A DNA stretch of 64,000 nt, from NCBI GenBank assembly GCA_963543925.1, contig CAUUCP010000006.1, positions 1,776-65,775 on the forward strand, written 5' to 3'. The notes beneath the pieces were generated by a model. It was given only the letters and a program-made list of their open reading frames with translations, was not told the origin of the DNA and ran no database searches. The position numbers and the translations under genes were made by a program. Shown piece by piece: positions 29,157-39,363 of the stretch; positions within the stretch are counted from its first letter, which is position 1, and each line of letters begins with the position of its first letter. The DNA comes from an uncultured Bacteroidia bacterium (GTDB taxonomy: Bacteria > Bacteroidota > Bacteroidia > Bacteroidales > CAJPTX01).

Positions 29157-29212
29157 CGATGTCTCTGAAGGGAGCAATAGACATTTTTTTTGTGTAGTTT
29201 GGTAAAACTTCT

Positions 29213-29220
29213 TATCTTTG
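29213..29220 (+). promoter_or_regulatory. -7 box TATCTTTG with -33 TTTG (29189-29192)
   Basis: Both Bacteroidota promoter elements are present at about 21-nt spacing, upstream of rplS. Confidence 0.55.
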
Positions 29221-29281
29221 CCTCGAATTTGAGTGGGCGCGTTTTGCGCAGCCTAGCAGTAAAGAAGTGCGAGCAGTAACG

Positions 29282-29707
29282 ATGGAGCAGTTGATTAATA
29301 TAGCCGAGCAGGCATGCGCACAGGGCGCGGCACAGATCCCTTATTTTACAAGCGGTGATACTGTGAATGTTTCTTACAGGATTAAAGAAGGTAACAAGGA
29401 GCGTATCCAGCAGTATGCGGGCGTGGTGATTCAGGTGCGTGGCGAGGGGATGAACAAGCGTTTTACGGTTCGTAAGAATAGCTGTAAAGGGTTCTTCGTA
29501 GAACGTATCTTCCCCATGAATTCCCCATTTATTGCTAGTGTTGAAGTACTGAGGATTGGGGACGTACGTCGTTCACGTGTATACTACGTTCGCAACATGA
29601 AGGGGAAGAAGCGTCTGAGCGAACGCCTCCGTCGTCGTCCTACAAAGAAGGCCTTGGCTGCTGCTGCACAGATGGCACAGCAACTCGCCGCAGCTCCCGA
29701 AGCATAG
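29282..29707 (+). CDS. rplS: 50S ribosomal protein L19 (with basic/Ala-rich C-terminal extension)
   Basis: GDTVNVSYRIKEGNKERIQQYAGVVIQVRG...FTVRK...GVERIFP pattern. Confidence 0.92.
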   Translation: MEQLINIAEQACAQGAAQIPYFTSGDTVNVSYRIKEGNKERIQQYAGVVIQVRGEGMNKRFTVRKNSCKGFFVERIFPMNSPFIASVEVLRIGDVRRSRVYYVRNMKGKKRLSERLRRRPTKKALAAAAQMAQQLAAAPEA

Positions 29708-29810
29708 TGCTATTTTGGAGGAAGGTTCGTTTACTAAGTAGTAAAACCTTACGGTAAAAGAAAAAAAGCACGACATAGGATAAAAGGGGTATTTTTCTAA
29801 GAAAAAGTAT

Positions 29811-29818
29811 TACCTTTG
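29811..29818 (+). promoter_or_regulatory. -7 box TACCTTTG
   Basis: 16 nt upstream of the mature 5' end of the tRNA. Confidence 0.55.
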
Positions 29819-29834
29819 TGTCGTGAAAGAAAGG

Positions 29835-29908
29835 GGCTCCGTAGCATAACTGAATAGTGCACCTGACTACGGATCAGGAGGTTCCAGGTTTGAATCCTGG
29901 CGGAGTCA
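29835..29908 (+). tRNA. tRNA-Arg (anticodon ACG)
   Basis: Hand-folded cloverleaf. Acceptor GGCTCCG/CGGAGTC (one G-U); D stem GCAT/GTGC; anticodon stem CCTGA/TCAGG with loop CT-ACG-GA; variable loop AGGTT; T stem CCAGG/CCTGG with loop TTTGAAT; discriminator A. No encoded CCA. Confidence 0.85.
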
Positions 29909-29915
29909 CGAAAGG

Positions 29916-29944
29916 GAGGAACGCGTAAGTGTTCCTCTTTTTTT
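29916..29944 (+). terminator. rho-independent terminator after the tRNA
   Basis: GAGGAAC gcgtaagt GTTCCTC followed by T7. Confidence 0.75.
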
Positions 29945-30053
29945 ATAGCCACCGCTTTGTGGCTTATTTTTGTAAAGCCATGCTCAGGCATACCCCCTAC
30001 TTGGGGGGGCGTACTGATAATCCCATGACGTAGCAGGTTGTTGAAATAATTAC

Positions 30054-30061
30054 TACCTTTG
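30054..30061 (+). promoter_or_regulatory. -7 box TACCTTTG
   Basis: Upstream of the rimP-nusA-infB operon. Confidence 0.5.
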
Positions 30062-30141
30062 TACTGTTGAATGTGTGGGGTGGGGCGGGATGCCCCTTTT
30101 TTTGTAGAGAAAACCTAGAGAAGAATTTCTGTTTCGTGAGT

Positions 30142-30615
30142 ATGGGGATCGATTTGTCACAGGTGAGGGCTTGGCTGGCAGAATATGTGTCCAAGGACGC
30201 TACGCTTTTCTTTGTCGACGTGCGAAGCGAAGAGGGAGGCGAAGCGCTCGTCGTGGAAGCCGATACCGAGGCGGGAATCTCCTCGGATGAGTGCGGGGCG
30301 CTCTGTTCCTATCTCGGTACGTGTTGCGAGACAGCTGGTTGGGACGTGGCGATCATGGTCTCTTCACCAGGCTTGACCTCGCCACTGAGACACCCGCGTC
30401 AGTACGAAAAAAATATAGGACAGACGGTCGAGGTGCTGGATCAAGGGGTAAAGCTGGTGGGAAAAATCACCTCGGTGACCCAAGAGGGTTTTATACTTAC
30501 CTATGAGGTAAAGGTGCACGAAGAGGGGAAAAAACGTCCAGTTTTGGTGCAGCAGACGCAAGAATATTTGTTTAGCGGCTCGCAGAAGGTGACTATTAAG
30601 TTGGGGAAAAGGTAG
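30142..30615 (+). CDS. rimP: ribosome maturation factor RimP
   Basis: Position directly before nusA-infB, about 157 aa, with VSSPGL..PL motif (MVSSPGLTSPLRHPRQY). Confidence 0.85.
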   Translation: MGIDLSQVRAWLAEYVSKDATLFFVDVRSEEGGEALVVEADTEAGISSDECGALCSYLGTCCETAGWDVAIMVSSPGLTSPLRHPRQYEKNIGQTVEVLDQGVKLVGKITSVTQEGFILTYEVKVHEEGKKRPVLVQQTQEYLFSGSQKVTIKLGKR

Positions 30616-30617
30616 AT

Positions 30618-31859
30618 ATGAAGAGCTCGGATTTAATCCAGTCGTTTGCAGAGTTTAAGGAGCAGAAAAACATCGATCGGGAGACCATGAAGGCGATCCT
30701 CGAAGATGTTTTCCGTGCGATATTGGTTAAGAATTACGGGTCGGATGAGAACTACGAACTGATCATCAATGTCGACAAGGGGGACTTTGAGATCTATCGT
30801 CTCTTGGAAGTGGTGGCAGACGAGGACTACACCGATGAAAATCGCCAAATCCCCCTCTCCAAGGCGCGTCTCGCTGCCGACGATTACGAGGTCGGCGAGG
30901 AGTATACCGAAGAAATTAAGATCGAGCAGTTTGCAAGACGAAATATATTGGCTATCCGTCAGAACCTCGCATCGAGGATTACGGAGATGGAGCGTAGCAA
31001 TCTCTACGAACGTTATCAAAAGCGTCTAGGATTGCTCGTGACGGCGGAGGTCTACCAGATACGTAAGAGAGAGATCGTCTTGCGAGACGATGAAGATAAC
31101 GAGCTCTATCTGCCGAAGACTGAGCAAATCCCATCAGATCACTTCCGAAAGGGAGATTCCGTACGTGCCGTGGTAGATCGCGTCGAGGTCGGACGAAGCT
31201 CACCGCTGGTCTTCGTGTCGAGAACCTCACCGCGTTTCTTGGAGTGTCTTATGGAACTAGAGGTCCCAGAGATCTTCGACGGACTGATCACAATCAAAAA
31301 AGTGGTGCGTATCCCTGGTGAGCGTGCAAAGGTGGCCGTCGAGTCCTATGACGACCGCGTAGATCCTGTAGGGGCATGTGTCGGGATGAAGGGCTCGCGT
31401 ATTCATGGGATTGTACGTGAGTTGCGAAACGAGAACATCGACGTCATCTGTTATTCGTCCGATCCACGCGCTTATGTGACGCGTGCACTCAGTCCTGCAA
31501 AATTGACACGTCTCGAGCTTAAGGATGATGACCATACGATCGAGGTCTTTCTCAAGCCCGATCAGGTCTCCTTGGCAATTGGAAAAAATGGTTACAACAT
31601 CCGTTTAGCGAGCGAGCTTACGGGGTATAAGATCGACGTCTTCCGAGACTCCGATCAGGAGACCGAGGAAGATTACAATCTCGAGGAGTTTGCCGACGAG
31701 ATCGAACCTTGGATTATCGATGTCCTGAAGGGGGTCGGTTGCGATACGGCACGCAGTGTTTTGAAGATGACCCCTGAGTTCCTTATCCAGCGTACCGATC
31801 TGGAAGAGGAAACCATTAGCGAGGTCTTGCAGATCTTGCAACGAGAATTTGATGAATAG
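30618..31859 (+). CDS. nusA: transcription termination/antitermination factor NusA
   Basis: S1 and KH domains (GACVGMKGSRI, AIGKNGYNIRLA). Length is 413 aa. Confidence 0.95.
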   Translation: MKSSDLIQSFAEFKEQKNIDRETMKAILEDVFRAILVKNYGSDENYELIINVDKGDFEIYRLLEVVADEDYTDENRQIPLSKARLAADDYEVGEEYTEEIKIEQFARRNILAIRQNLASRITEMERSNLYERYQKRLGLLVTAEVYQIRKREIVLRDDEDNELYLPKTEQIPSDHFRKGDSVRAVVDRVEVGRSSPLVFVSRTSPRFLECLMELEVPEIFDGLITIKKVVRIPGERAKVAVESYDDRVDPVGACVGMKGSRIHGIVRELRNENIDVICYSSDPRAYVTRALSPAKLTRLELKDDDHTIEVFLKPDQVSLAIGKNGYNIRLASELTGYKIDVFRDSDQETEEDYNLEEFADEIEPWIIDVLKGVGCDTARSVLKMTPEFLIQRTDLEEETISEVLQILQREFDE

Positions 31860-31917
31860 TGCCAACGTAAGTTGTCCGGAAGAGTTTTTTTGGTAGGAGC
31901 TTTATTTAGAGCGTTGT

Positions 31918-34900
31918 ATGACAGAGAAGAAGAAAAGTCTGCGGCTTAGTTCCCTTATGCGCGATTTTGGTGTCGGCAGAGCTACGTTGGTTGACATTTT
32001 AGAGAAGAATGGGTTTCATGTGGAAGATAGCCCAAGCGCAAAGATCGACGAAGCTGCTTATGAAGTGATTGTTAAGGAATTGGGGATTCCTAACAAGAAG
32101 AAGGGAGCAGAGGTGGATAAGGGGACGCCTGCGCCGCGTACGTCTAAGACGACGACCGCTAAGACGGTCAAAAAGTCTTCGGCGACGGCACAGACTGCTG
32201 AGCAGCCATCTGCAGAGTCTGTGATTGAAACCAAGATCCCCAAGATCGCCGTGACCGTGACGGGAAAGGTCGATCTCGATAATGCCGCCACCGCGGAGGA
32301 ACAGACGAACCTCCCCGAGGTGGAGGGGAAGCAGCAGGAGCTCTCGGTAAAGAAAAAAGTAGAGGAGTCGGTAGCCGAAGCGCAGAAGCCTGAAAAGTTG
32401 GAGACAAAGACGACGGTAAAGAAGTCGTTGCATATAAGTGAAACACAAGACGCTCAAGCGCTAGAAGAAAAAGAAGCGCTTCCCTCCAAGGTAGAAAAGG
32501 AGGAAAAGAAGGAAAAAGCTCCTGATGTGCCCACCGCCAAGGTGTCTCAACAGGAGGGTAAGGTCTCTGACGGGCAGGGGGTGGAAAAGATCGAAACTTC
32601 CGAACAGAAGAAGGGCGAGGTCGCCGCTACAAAGCAGGAGGCTGAGGCTCTACCCGCCGAGGTGGCAACATCCAAGGAACAAGAGCCAGAGCTTATCGAG
32701 ACTAAGATCCCGCATGTGCAACAGCCCAAAGTCTTGGGAACGGTCGTCTTGACAGAACAAACCTCCCGCAACGGGAAGCGCAAGCAATATGAAGCAAAGG
32801 TGGAAATGCCGCCTGCGACGCCAGTCGCCGTTACTACCGAGGAAGAGAAGAAAGAGACCCCAGCTGTTGCGGAAACTGCCACACCCGCTAACCCGTCTAC
32901 GGAGACCACAGAGGTTTTCCGAACGAATGTTGCAAAGTTGGCGGGAACGACCGTAGTCGGAAAGATCGACCTCGCTTCATTTGAAGAGAAAACGCGTCGG
33001 AAACCAGAGGCCAGTGCAACCCCAGGGGGCGCGATGCAGAAACGTCGCCGACGAAAGAAAATCGGGAGTGGAGACGAACCCTATGCATCCTCTTCTACGC
33101 CCTCGCAGCAAGGAGGCGGAGGGCATACCTCGCAACAAAATACGAAGAATAATCAGCCACAACAGCGGGATAATGATCGCCGCAATAAAAAGAAAGTGGC
33201 GAAAAAGCCTGAGCCGCAGCAGGAGATTACCAGAGATGTGATCGAGGAACGCTACAAGGAGACGAGGGCGAGAATTACGGCGCGAGAAAACGCTCGATCG
33301 AAAGTCGCTAAGTTGCGTAAAGAGAAGCGAAGCTTGTTAGAAGTTCGTCGAGAGGAAGAAAACTTGCGTAATGAGGAAGCGCGTAAGACATTGCAAGTAA
33401 GCGAATTCGTATCTGTAAACGAATTGGCGGGGATGATGGAAGTCCCCGTGACAGAGGTCATCGATGCTTGCATGAGTCTCGACTTGATGGTCTCCATCAA
33501 TCAACGTCTCGACGGTGAGGCGCTTGTCTTGGTGGCGGATGAGTTCGGCTTTAAGGTTGAGTTTGTAGGACCTACCTTAGAGGAAGAGTTGAGTGCTGAG
33601 GAGGACGATCCTGCGGATCTCGTACCGAGAGTCCCGATTTTTACGGTCTTCGGACACGTAGATCATGGCAAAACGTCGCTCTGTAACTATATTACCAAGC
33701 GTGCAAAGCAGGAAGAAGGGGGGATTACCCAGAGCATTACCGCCGATATTGTTACTCTCCCAGGCGGAGAACGTATGGTGCTTGTCGATACTCCAGGGCA
33801 CGAGGCATTTACGGCAATGCGTTCGCGTGGAGCGAAGATTGCGGACGTCGCTATTATTGTCATCTCTGCGGTCGAAGGGGTGCAACCACAGACGGTGGAA
33901 GTAATGAACCACGCCGCAAGCAACGGGGTGCACATGGTCTTCGCGATCAACAAGATCGATATGCCCGAGGCAAATCCACGCCGTGTGATGGACGAATTGG
34001 CAAACATGAACTACCTCGTCGAGGAGTACGGAGGGAAGTATCAGTGTCAGGAAATCTCGGCGCGTCAGGGAACCAATGTCGATAAGTTGTTGGAGAAGGT
34101 GCTCCTTGAGGCGAGTCTCATGGAATTGAAAGCCAATCCCAAGCGTCACGCAGATGCCGTGGTATTGGAAGTTACTCAGAAGCTGGGCTTGGGCGCTTGT
34201 GTCAACGTCATCGTGCGTAACGGTACCCTGCATAAGGGGGATCGTATCGTGGCGGGACAGTATTACGGGCGTGTGCGTTCGTTGCACCTACCGACAGATT
34301 CTGACAATAGTCGCGGCATTTTGGAGGCCGAACCCTCTATCCCAGTCATGGTAATTGGGTTGAATGGAAAACCGCAGGCGGGTGACCATCTCTTGGTAGT
34401 CGACACGGACAAGCAGGCGCGGGATATGGCCACGAAGATCGGGCGTATTCGTCGTCTACAAAAGATGAATTCCGAAAAACCGATAACGCTAGACGAGCTA
34501 GGGCGTCGAATTGCATTGGGAGACTTCAAGGAGTTGAAGCTGATTATCAAGGCAGATGTCGATGGCTCGGTAGAGGCGCTCGCAGATGCACTCCTCAAGC
34601 TCTCTACGCCAGAAATTAACGTGAATGTTATTTATAAGGGCGTGGGACAGATTACCGAAACTGACGTCTCGTTGGCAAAATCTTCCGATGCGGTGATTGT
34701 GGGATTCCAAGTCCGCCCCAACATGGAAGCAAAGAGAGCTGCTAGTGATAATGGGATTGATATTCATCTTTATTCCGTGATCTACGATGCGATCGAGGAG
34801 GTGCAGCAGGCCATGGAAGGAATGTTAGCGCCAGAAGTCAAGGAAGAAATCCTTGGTACTGCCGAAGTCAAGGAGATTTTTCACATCTCCAAAGTGGGTA

Positions 34901-35142
34901 CGATTGCTGGATGTATGGTGCGCGAGGGTAAGATCCTTCGTGGTAGCAAGGTGCGTGTGATTCGCGATGGGATTGTCGTTTATTCGAGCGAGCTCTTAAC
35001 TCTCAAACACTACAAGGACGAGGCGAAGGAAGTCACTCTCGGACAGGAGTGTGGGATGAGTGTCAAAAATTACAATGATATCAAGGTCGGGGATCTCATC
35101 GAGGCATATCGAGAAACGGAAGTAAAACGCTCGTTGGCTTAA
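31918..35142 (+). CDS. infB: translation initiation factor IF-2
   Basis: GTPase motifs GHVDHGKTS, DTPGHEAF and NKID. Long K/E/A/T-rich N-terminal region. Length is 1074 aa. Confidence 0.96.
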   Translation: MTEKKKSLRLSSLMRDFGVGRATLVDILEKNGFHVEDSPSAKIDEAAYEVIVKELGIPNKKKGAEVDKGTPAPRTSKTTTAKTVKKSSATAQTAEQPSAESVIETKIPKIAVTVTGKVDLDNAATAEEQTNLPEVEGKQQELSVKKKVEESVAEAQKPEKLETKTTVKKSLHISETQDAQALEEKEALPSKVEKEEKKEKAPDVPTAKVSQQEGKVSDGQGVEKIETSEQKKGEVAATKQEAEALPAEVATSKEQEPELIETKIPHVQQPKVLGTVVLTEQTSRNGKRKQYEAKVEMPPATPVAVTTEEEKKETPAVAETATPANPSTETTEVFRTNVAKLAGTTVVGKIDLASFEEKTRRKPEASATPGGAMQKRRRRKKIGSGDEPYASSSTPSQQGGGGHTSQQNTKNNQPQQRDNDRRNKKKVAKKPEPQQEITRDVIEERYKETRARITARENARSKVAKLRKEKRSLLEVRREEENLRNEEARKTLQVSEFVSVNELAGMMEVPVTEVIDACMSLDLMVSINQRLDGEALVLVADEFGFKVEFVGPTLEEELSAEEDDPADLVPRVPIFTVFGHVDHGKTSLCNYITKRAKQEEGGITQSITADIVTLPGGERMVLVDTPGHEAFTAMRSRGAKIADVAIIVISAVEGVQPQTVEVMNHAASNGVHMVFAINKIDMPEANPRRVMDELANMNYLVEEYGGKYQCQEISARQGTNVDKLLEKVLLEASLMELKANPKRHADAVVLEVTQKLGLGACVNVIVRNGTLHKGDRIVAGQYYGRVRSLHLPTDSDNSRGILEAEPSIPVMVIGLNGKPQAGDHLLVVDTDKQARDMATKIGRIRRLQKMNSEKPITLDELGRRIALGDFKELKLIIKADVDGSVEALADALLKLSTPEINVNVIYKGVGQITETDVSLAKSSDAVIVGFQVRPNMEAKRAASDNGIDIHLYSVIYDAIEEVQQAMEGMLAPEVKEEILGTAEVKEIFHISKVGTIAGCMVREGKILRGSKVRVIRDGIVVYSSELLTLKHYKDEAKEVTLGQECGMSVKNYNDIKVGDLIEAYRETEVKRSLA

Positions 35143-35227
35143 TTTTGAACCGCTATTGTAGAGGGATCGCGACGTATAGAGGGGGACAAATCAAAAAGCC
35201 CTAGGACGAGGAAATAGAGTACGAAAT

Positions 35228-36604
35228 ATGGATAGTGTAGCCTTGCATGCCCTCTCTCCACTAGATGGGCGTTATGAGTCTAAAACGAGTGCGCTGCGGG
35301 AGTATTTCTCCGAGTACGCCTTGATCCGCTATCGGCTAATTGTGGAAGTCGAATATTTCATAGCGCTTTGTGAATTGCCACTGCCTGAGCTGCAGGATTT
35401 TCCAAGTTCGGCTTTTGATGACTTACGAGCCTTATACCAAGATTTTGATGATAAGCAAGCGCTCTTAATCAAAGCGATCGAGACACAGACCAACCACGAT
35501 GTGAAGTCCGTTGAGTATTACCTGCGGGATAAGTTTGCCGAGCAAGGATGGGAACGTTTTGCCGAGTTTATACATTTTGGTCTCACGAGTCAAGATATCA
35601 ACAATACGGCTTTCCCATGTATGCTCAAGGAGGCTATCCAGCAGGTCTATTATCCTCAGTTGACAGAGTTCTTGCAACGTCTAGAGACCTTGGTTGAGAC
35701 CTGGAGTAATGTCCCCATGTTGGCGCGTACACATGGACAACCAGCCTCGCCGACGGTGCTCGGAAAGGAAATGGGGGTCTTTGCATCACGCCTCAAGGTA
35801 CAGCTCCAACAGCTCCGTGGGATTCCTGCCTCTGCAAAGTTTGGAGGTGCTACAGGGAATTTCAATGCGCACCATGCTGCCTATCCCGAGATCGATTGGG
35901 AGGATTTCGCAGAGCGTTTCGTCAACGAACGTCTCGGTCTTTCGAGATCCGAGGTCACCACGCAGATAGACAATTATGACAATCTCGCTGCGATATTTGA
36001 TGCCTTGCGACGCATCAATACCATCCTTATTGATTTTGCGCGAGATATGTGGATGTATATCTCGATGGATTATTTCCGACAGACAATTGTGGCTAACGAA
36101 GTCGGTTCCTCGGCAATGCCTCATAAGGTCAATCCTATTGATTTTGAGAATGCTGAGGGAAATCTCGGGGTGGCGAATGCCGTTTTTGAACATCTGGCTT
36201 CAAAGCTCCCTGTCAGTCGACTCCAGCGAGATTTGACCGATAGTACTGTGATTCGCAATATCGGTGTCCCTCTGGGACATACATTGATAGCGCTCTTGTC
36301 GCTTAAAAAGGGATTGGGACGTATCTCGTTGCACAGAGAGGTGATCGATCGTGATCTTGAAATGCATTGGGAGGTCGTAGCAGAGGGCTTGCAAGTTATT
36401 CTGCGCAGGGCGGGAGTCCCAGATGCTTACGAGCTTTTGAAGAATCTCTCGCGTCGTGAAGTACGACCCAATCGGGAAACGATTGCGGCATTTATTGATA
36501 CGCTGGAGGTGTCGCAGAAAGTGAAAGACGAGTTGCGAGCCCTGACTCCATTTACCTATACGGGCATCTTGCCGCGTTCGCTCTCTTCGGATCTTGAACA
36601 TTAA
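35228..36604 (+). CDS. purB: adenylosuccinate lyase
   Basis: LSPLDGRY N-terminus and fumarate-lyase signature GSSAMPHKVNP. Confidence 0.94.
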   Translation: MDSVALHALSPLDGRYESKTSALREYFSEYALIRYRLIVEVEYFIALCELPLPELQDFPSSAFDDLRALYQDFDDKQALLIKAIETQTNHDVKSVEYYLRDKFAEQGWERFAEFIHFGLTSQDINNTAFPCMLKEAIQQVYYPQLTEFLQRLETLVETWSNVPMLARTHGQPASPTVLGKEMGVFASRLKVQLQQLRGIPASAKFGGATGNFNAHHAAYPEIDWEDFAERFVNERLGLSRSEVTTQIDNYDNLAAIFDALRRINTILIDFARDMWMYISMDYFRQTIVANEVGSSAMPHKVNPIDFENAEGNLGVANAVFEHLASKLPVSRLQRDLTDSTVIRNIGVPLGHTLIALLSLKKGLGRISLHREVIDRDLEMHWEVVAEGLQVILRRAGVPDAYELLKNLSRREVRPNRETIAAFIDTLEVSQKVKDELRALTPFTYTGILPRSLSSDLEH

Positions 36605-38424
36605 TGAAGGATATTAAGCGTCTCCTCCGATATGTCCTGCCATACAAATGGCGGGCGATTGCCAATATCGTTTGCAATCTCCTCGGGGCGTTTTTCTCCC
36701 TATTCTCTCTCTCCTTGATGATCCCCTTTCTGGGGGTTCTCTTTGGAACGTTGCCGCTCGTAGATCAGTGTCCTGAGTTTCAGTTTGATTTGGATGCTGT
36801 TACGGGGATTATCTACTATAACATTAGTGAGATTATTCGAGAGAGTGGTCGAGGTTGGGCATTATTTGTGGTAATTGCCTTTGTGTCGTTCAACGCCTTG
36901 TTGAAGAATCTATTCAACTATCTCGCTTCGTGGAATTTAGCGCCGATCCGGTTGGGGATTGTCCGAGATATTCGAAACGAGCTTTTTCATAAAATATTGA
37001 ATCTCCCATTGGGGTATTACTCAGAAGAACGTAAGGGGGATATCATGAGTCGGATGTCTAACGACGTGGGAGAGATCGAATACTCCATTATGCGTTCGAT
37101 GGATATGCTCTTTAAGCAGCCGATTATTATCCTTGTGCACATTATCGGTTTGCTTATCGTGAGTGTGAAGCTGACGCTCTTTGTTTTCATACTGCTTCCC
37201 ATTTCAGGCTTTATTATCGGACGTATTGGTAAAAACTTAAAGCAAAGCTCCTCCTTGACACAGCAAAGTCTGGGGATGTTGTTTACTATTATTGAAGAAA
37301 CTCTAGGAGGGTTGCGGATTGTAAAGGCCTTTAATGCAGAAAAACGTACCTACGAGCGATTTAAGAAGGAGAATAACTATTATACCCGTCTGGCATTGTT
37401 TATCAATCGTAGACAAGACCTTGCGAGCCCCCTGAGTGAGTTCTTGGGAACGGCGGTTATGGGGGGCGTTTTGTGGTATGGCGGTAGTTTAGTCTTTGCG
37501 CCCGAGGAAGGTGGATTAAGCCCTGAGGCTTTGATCGGTTACATGGGGCTTTTTTATATGATTTTGAACCCTGCCAAATCCTTCTCATCTGCGTATTTTA
37601 GCCTTCTGAAAGGATTTGCTTCTGCCGAGCGAATAGATTCTGTGCTATTGGCACAAAACCCAATCAAGTCGCCAGAAAAGCCTCTTCCTGCTCCGATTTT
37701 CTCGCAAGAGATAGAGTATCGCGATGTCCATTTCTCCTACGATCAGCGGGAGATTCTGCATGGCGTCTCGCTGAAAATAAAGCGTGGGATGACGGTCGCA
37801 CTCGTCGGACAATCAGGGGCGGGAAAGACGACCTTCGTAGACTTATTACCCCGTTTTTACGATGTTACGGGGGGAGCAATTTTCTTGGATGGAGCTGATA
37901 TTCGAGAGTACAATGTCGAGGATTTACGAGCCCTGATGGGGAATGTTAATCAAGAGCCTATCTTGTTCAATGATACGTTTTACAACAATATCACCTTTGG
38001 CGTAGAACATGCCACGATGGAGGAGGTGCAGCATGCCGCAAAAATTGCCAATGCGCATGATTTCATCATGGAAACCGAACAAGGTTATGATACGAGAATC
38101 GGAGATCGGGGAGGGCGTCTCTCGGGGGGACAACGACAACGCTTGAGTATTGCGCGTGCGATTCTTAAAAATCCGCCGATTATGATCTTGGATGAGGCAA
38201 CCTCATCGCTAGATACTGCCTCGGAACGCTTGGTACAAGAGGCGTTGGAGCATCTTATGGAAAATAGAACCTCTATTGTGATTGCGCATCGATTATCTAC
38301 TATAAAGCGTGCAGATCTTATCTGTGTGATGGAAGAGGGACGTATTATCGAGATGGGGAAACATCAAGAACTCTTGGAGCGTGGAGAGGCTTATGCGCGT
38401 CTCTATAATATGCAGATCTGGTAG
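36604..38424 (+). CDS. ABC transporter permease/ATPase, MsbA-like exporter
   Basis: Six-TM domain then NBD: GQSGAGKTT, LSGGQRQRLSIARA, ILDEATSSLD. TAATG overlap with purB. Confidence 0.88.
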   Translation: MKDIKRLLRYVLPYKWRAIANIVCNLLGAFFSLFSLSLMIPFLGVLFGTLPLVDQCPEFQFDLDAVTGIIYYNISEIIRESGRGWALFVVIAFVSFNALLKNLFNYLASWNLAPIRLGIVRDIRNELFHKILNLPLGYYSEERKGDIMSRMSNDVGEIEYSIMRSMDMLFKQPIIILVHIIGLLIVSVKLTLFVFILLPISGFIIGRIGKNLKQSSSLTQQSLGMLFTIIEETLGGLRIVKAFNAEKRTYERFKKENNYYTRLALFINRRQDLASPLSEFLGTAVMGGVLWYGGSLVFAPEEGGLSPEALIGYMGLFYMILNPAKSFSSAYFSLLKGFASAERIDSVLLAQNPIKSPEKPLPAPIFSQEIEYRDVHFSYDQREILHGVSLKIKRGMTVALVGQSGAGKTTFVDLLPRFYDVTGGAIFLDGADIREYNVEDLRALMGNVNQEPILFNDTFYNNITFGVEHATMEEVQHAAKIANAHDFIMETEQGYDTRIGDRGGRLSGGQRQRLSIARAILKNPPIMILDEATSSLDTASERLVQEALEHLMENRTSIVIAHRLSTIKRADLICVMEEGRIIEMGKHQELLERGEAYARLYNMQIW

Positions 38425-38469
38425 CCGCAGGTCTAAGAGTCAAGACTCTGCCAGCTGGTAATATTTTCT

Positions 38470-38477
38470 TAACTTTG
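38470..38477 (+). promoter_or_regulatory. -7 box TAACTTTG
   Basis: 33 nt upstream of the first gene of the CheR/GAF/PP2C block. Confidence 0.5.
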
Positions 38478-38510
38478 TTTCCGTAGATTCTAGAGAGGTA
38501 GGACAAAATA

Positions 38511-39359
38511 TTGTTGGTGGTGGAAAATCCGGATGATTTGTCGCGCTTTGTGACGGCTCTTCGTGCCCATACGACGTATGATCTGAGTGATTACTCGGAT
38601 CGTTCGTTGCTACGCCGACTTTATAAAGTGCTCGAAGATGAGCGACTAACGCTAGATGAGCTTCTGGCACGTATCGCACAGGATGCAGCATACGGAGAGC
38701 ATATTGTACAGGCGATCACGGTCAACACCAGTGAGCTCTTTCGAGATCCCTCTGTATGGCTCTTGTTACGTTCTCGTATTTATCCGAGATTTAAGGCTCA
38801 AAACTATCTGAATATCTGGCATGCGGGTTGCTCTATGGGGCAGGAGGTTTATTCCAATCTGATGTTGCTCACCGAGCTCGGTCTTTATGAAAAGGCGAGG
38901 GTTTATGCCAGTGACATCAATATGAGGATTCTTGAGGCTGCACAGCTCGGGGAATATCGTTATCGGTTCAATCTGTCCTATCTTGACAATTTCGATCTGG
39001 TGATTAACACCAATCCCTTGAACTACGAAGAAAAGCTCTCTGTGCCCTATTCCAAGTATTTTGAAATTGACGAGGTTAAGGATTTGATTCGGATCAATGA
39101 ATCGCTGAGAAAAAAGCCTACATTCCGTGTCAATGATTTGGTTAAGGGGGTGAATCCCTTCTTTGTGCGTTACGATGTGATCTTTTGCCGTAACGTCTTG
39201 ATTTATTTCAACGCAGCCTTGCAGAATAAGCTCTTCGAGGTCTTCTATCGGAATCTCTATCCCGGAGGAATCCTTGTGCTAGGTGCTCATGAATCTATAT
39301 TGGGCTCGTGGGCGGATCGTTTTGAGAGGATTTCGCAGGTCTATGTGCGTAAGGATTAA
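38511..39359 (+). CDS. cheR: CheR-type protein-glutamate O-methyltransferase
   Basis: NTSELFRDP, IWHAGCSMGQEVYS (SAM-binding GxGxG-type), ASDINMRILEAA, VIFCRNVLIYF. Uses a TTG/GTG start; there is no nearby ATG. Confidence 0.85.
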   Translation: MLVVENPDDLSRFVTALRAHTTYDLSDYSDRSLLRRLYKVLEDERLTLDELLARIAQDAAYGEHIVQAITVNTSELFRDPSVWLLLRSRIYPRFKAQNYLNIWHAGCSMGQEVYSNLMLLTELGLYEKARVYASDINMRILEAAQLGEYRYRFNLSYLDNFDLVINTNPLNYEEKLSVPYSKYFEIDEVKDLIRINESLRKKPTFRVNDLVKGVNPFFVRYDVIFCRNVLIYFNAALQNKLFEVFYRNLYPGGILVLGAHESILGSWADRFERISQVYVRKD

Positions 39360-39363
39360 CGAA

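Noticed and set aside
29159-29192. Terminator after nadD (ATGTCT ... AGACAT followed by T8)
   Set aside because: It has only a 6-bp A/T-rich stem with a 14-nt loop. The T-run also overlaps the -33 TTTG of the rplS promoter, so it is too weak to call.
38425-38470. Terminator after the MsbA-like gene (AGAGTC aa GACTCT)
   Set aside because: A two-nucleotide loop and no T-run make this not credible as an intrinsic terminator.
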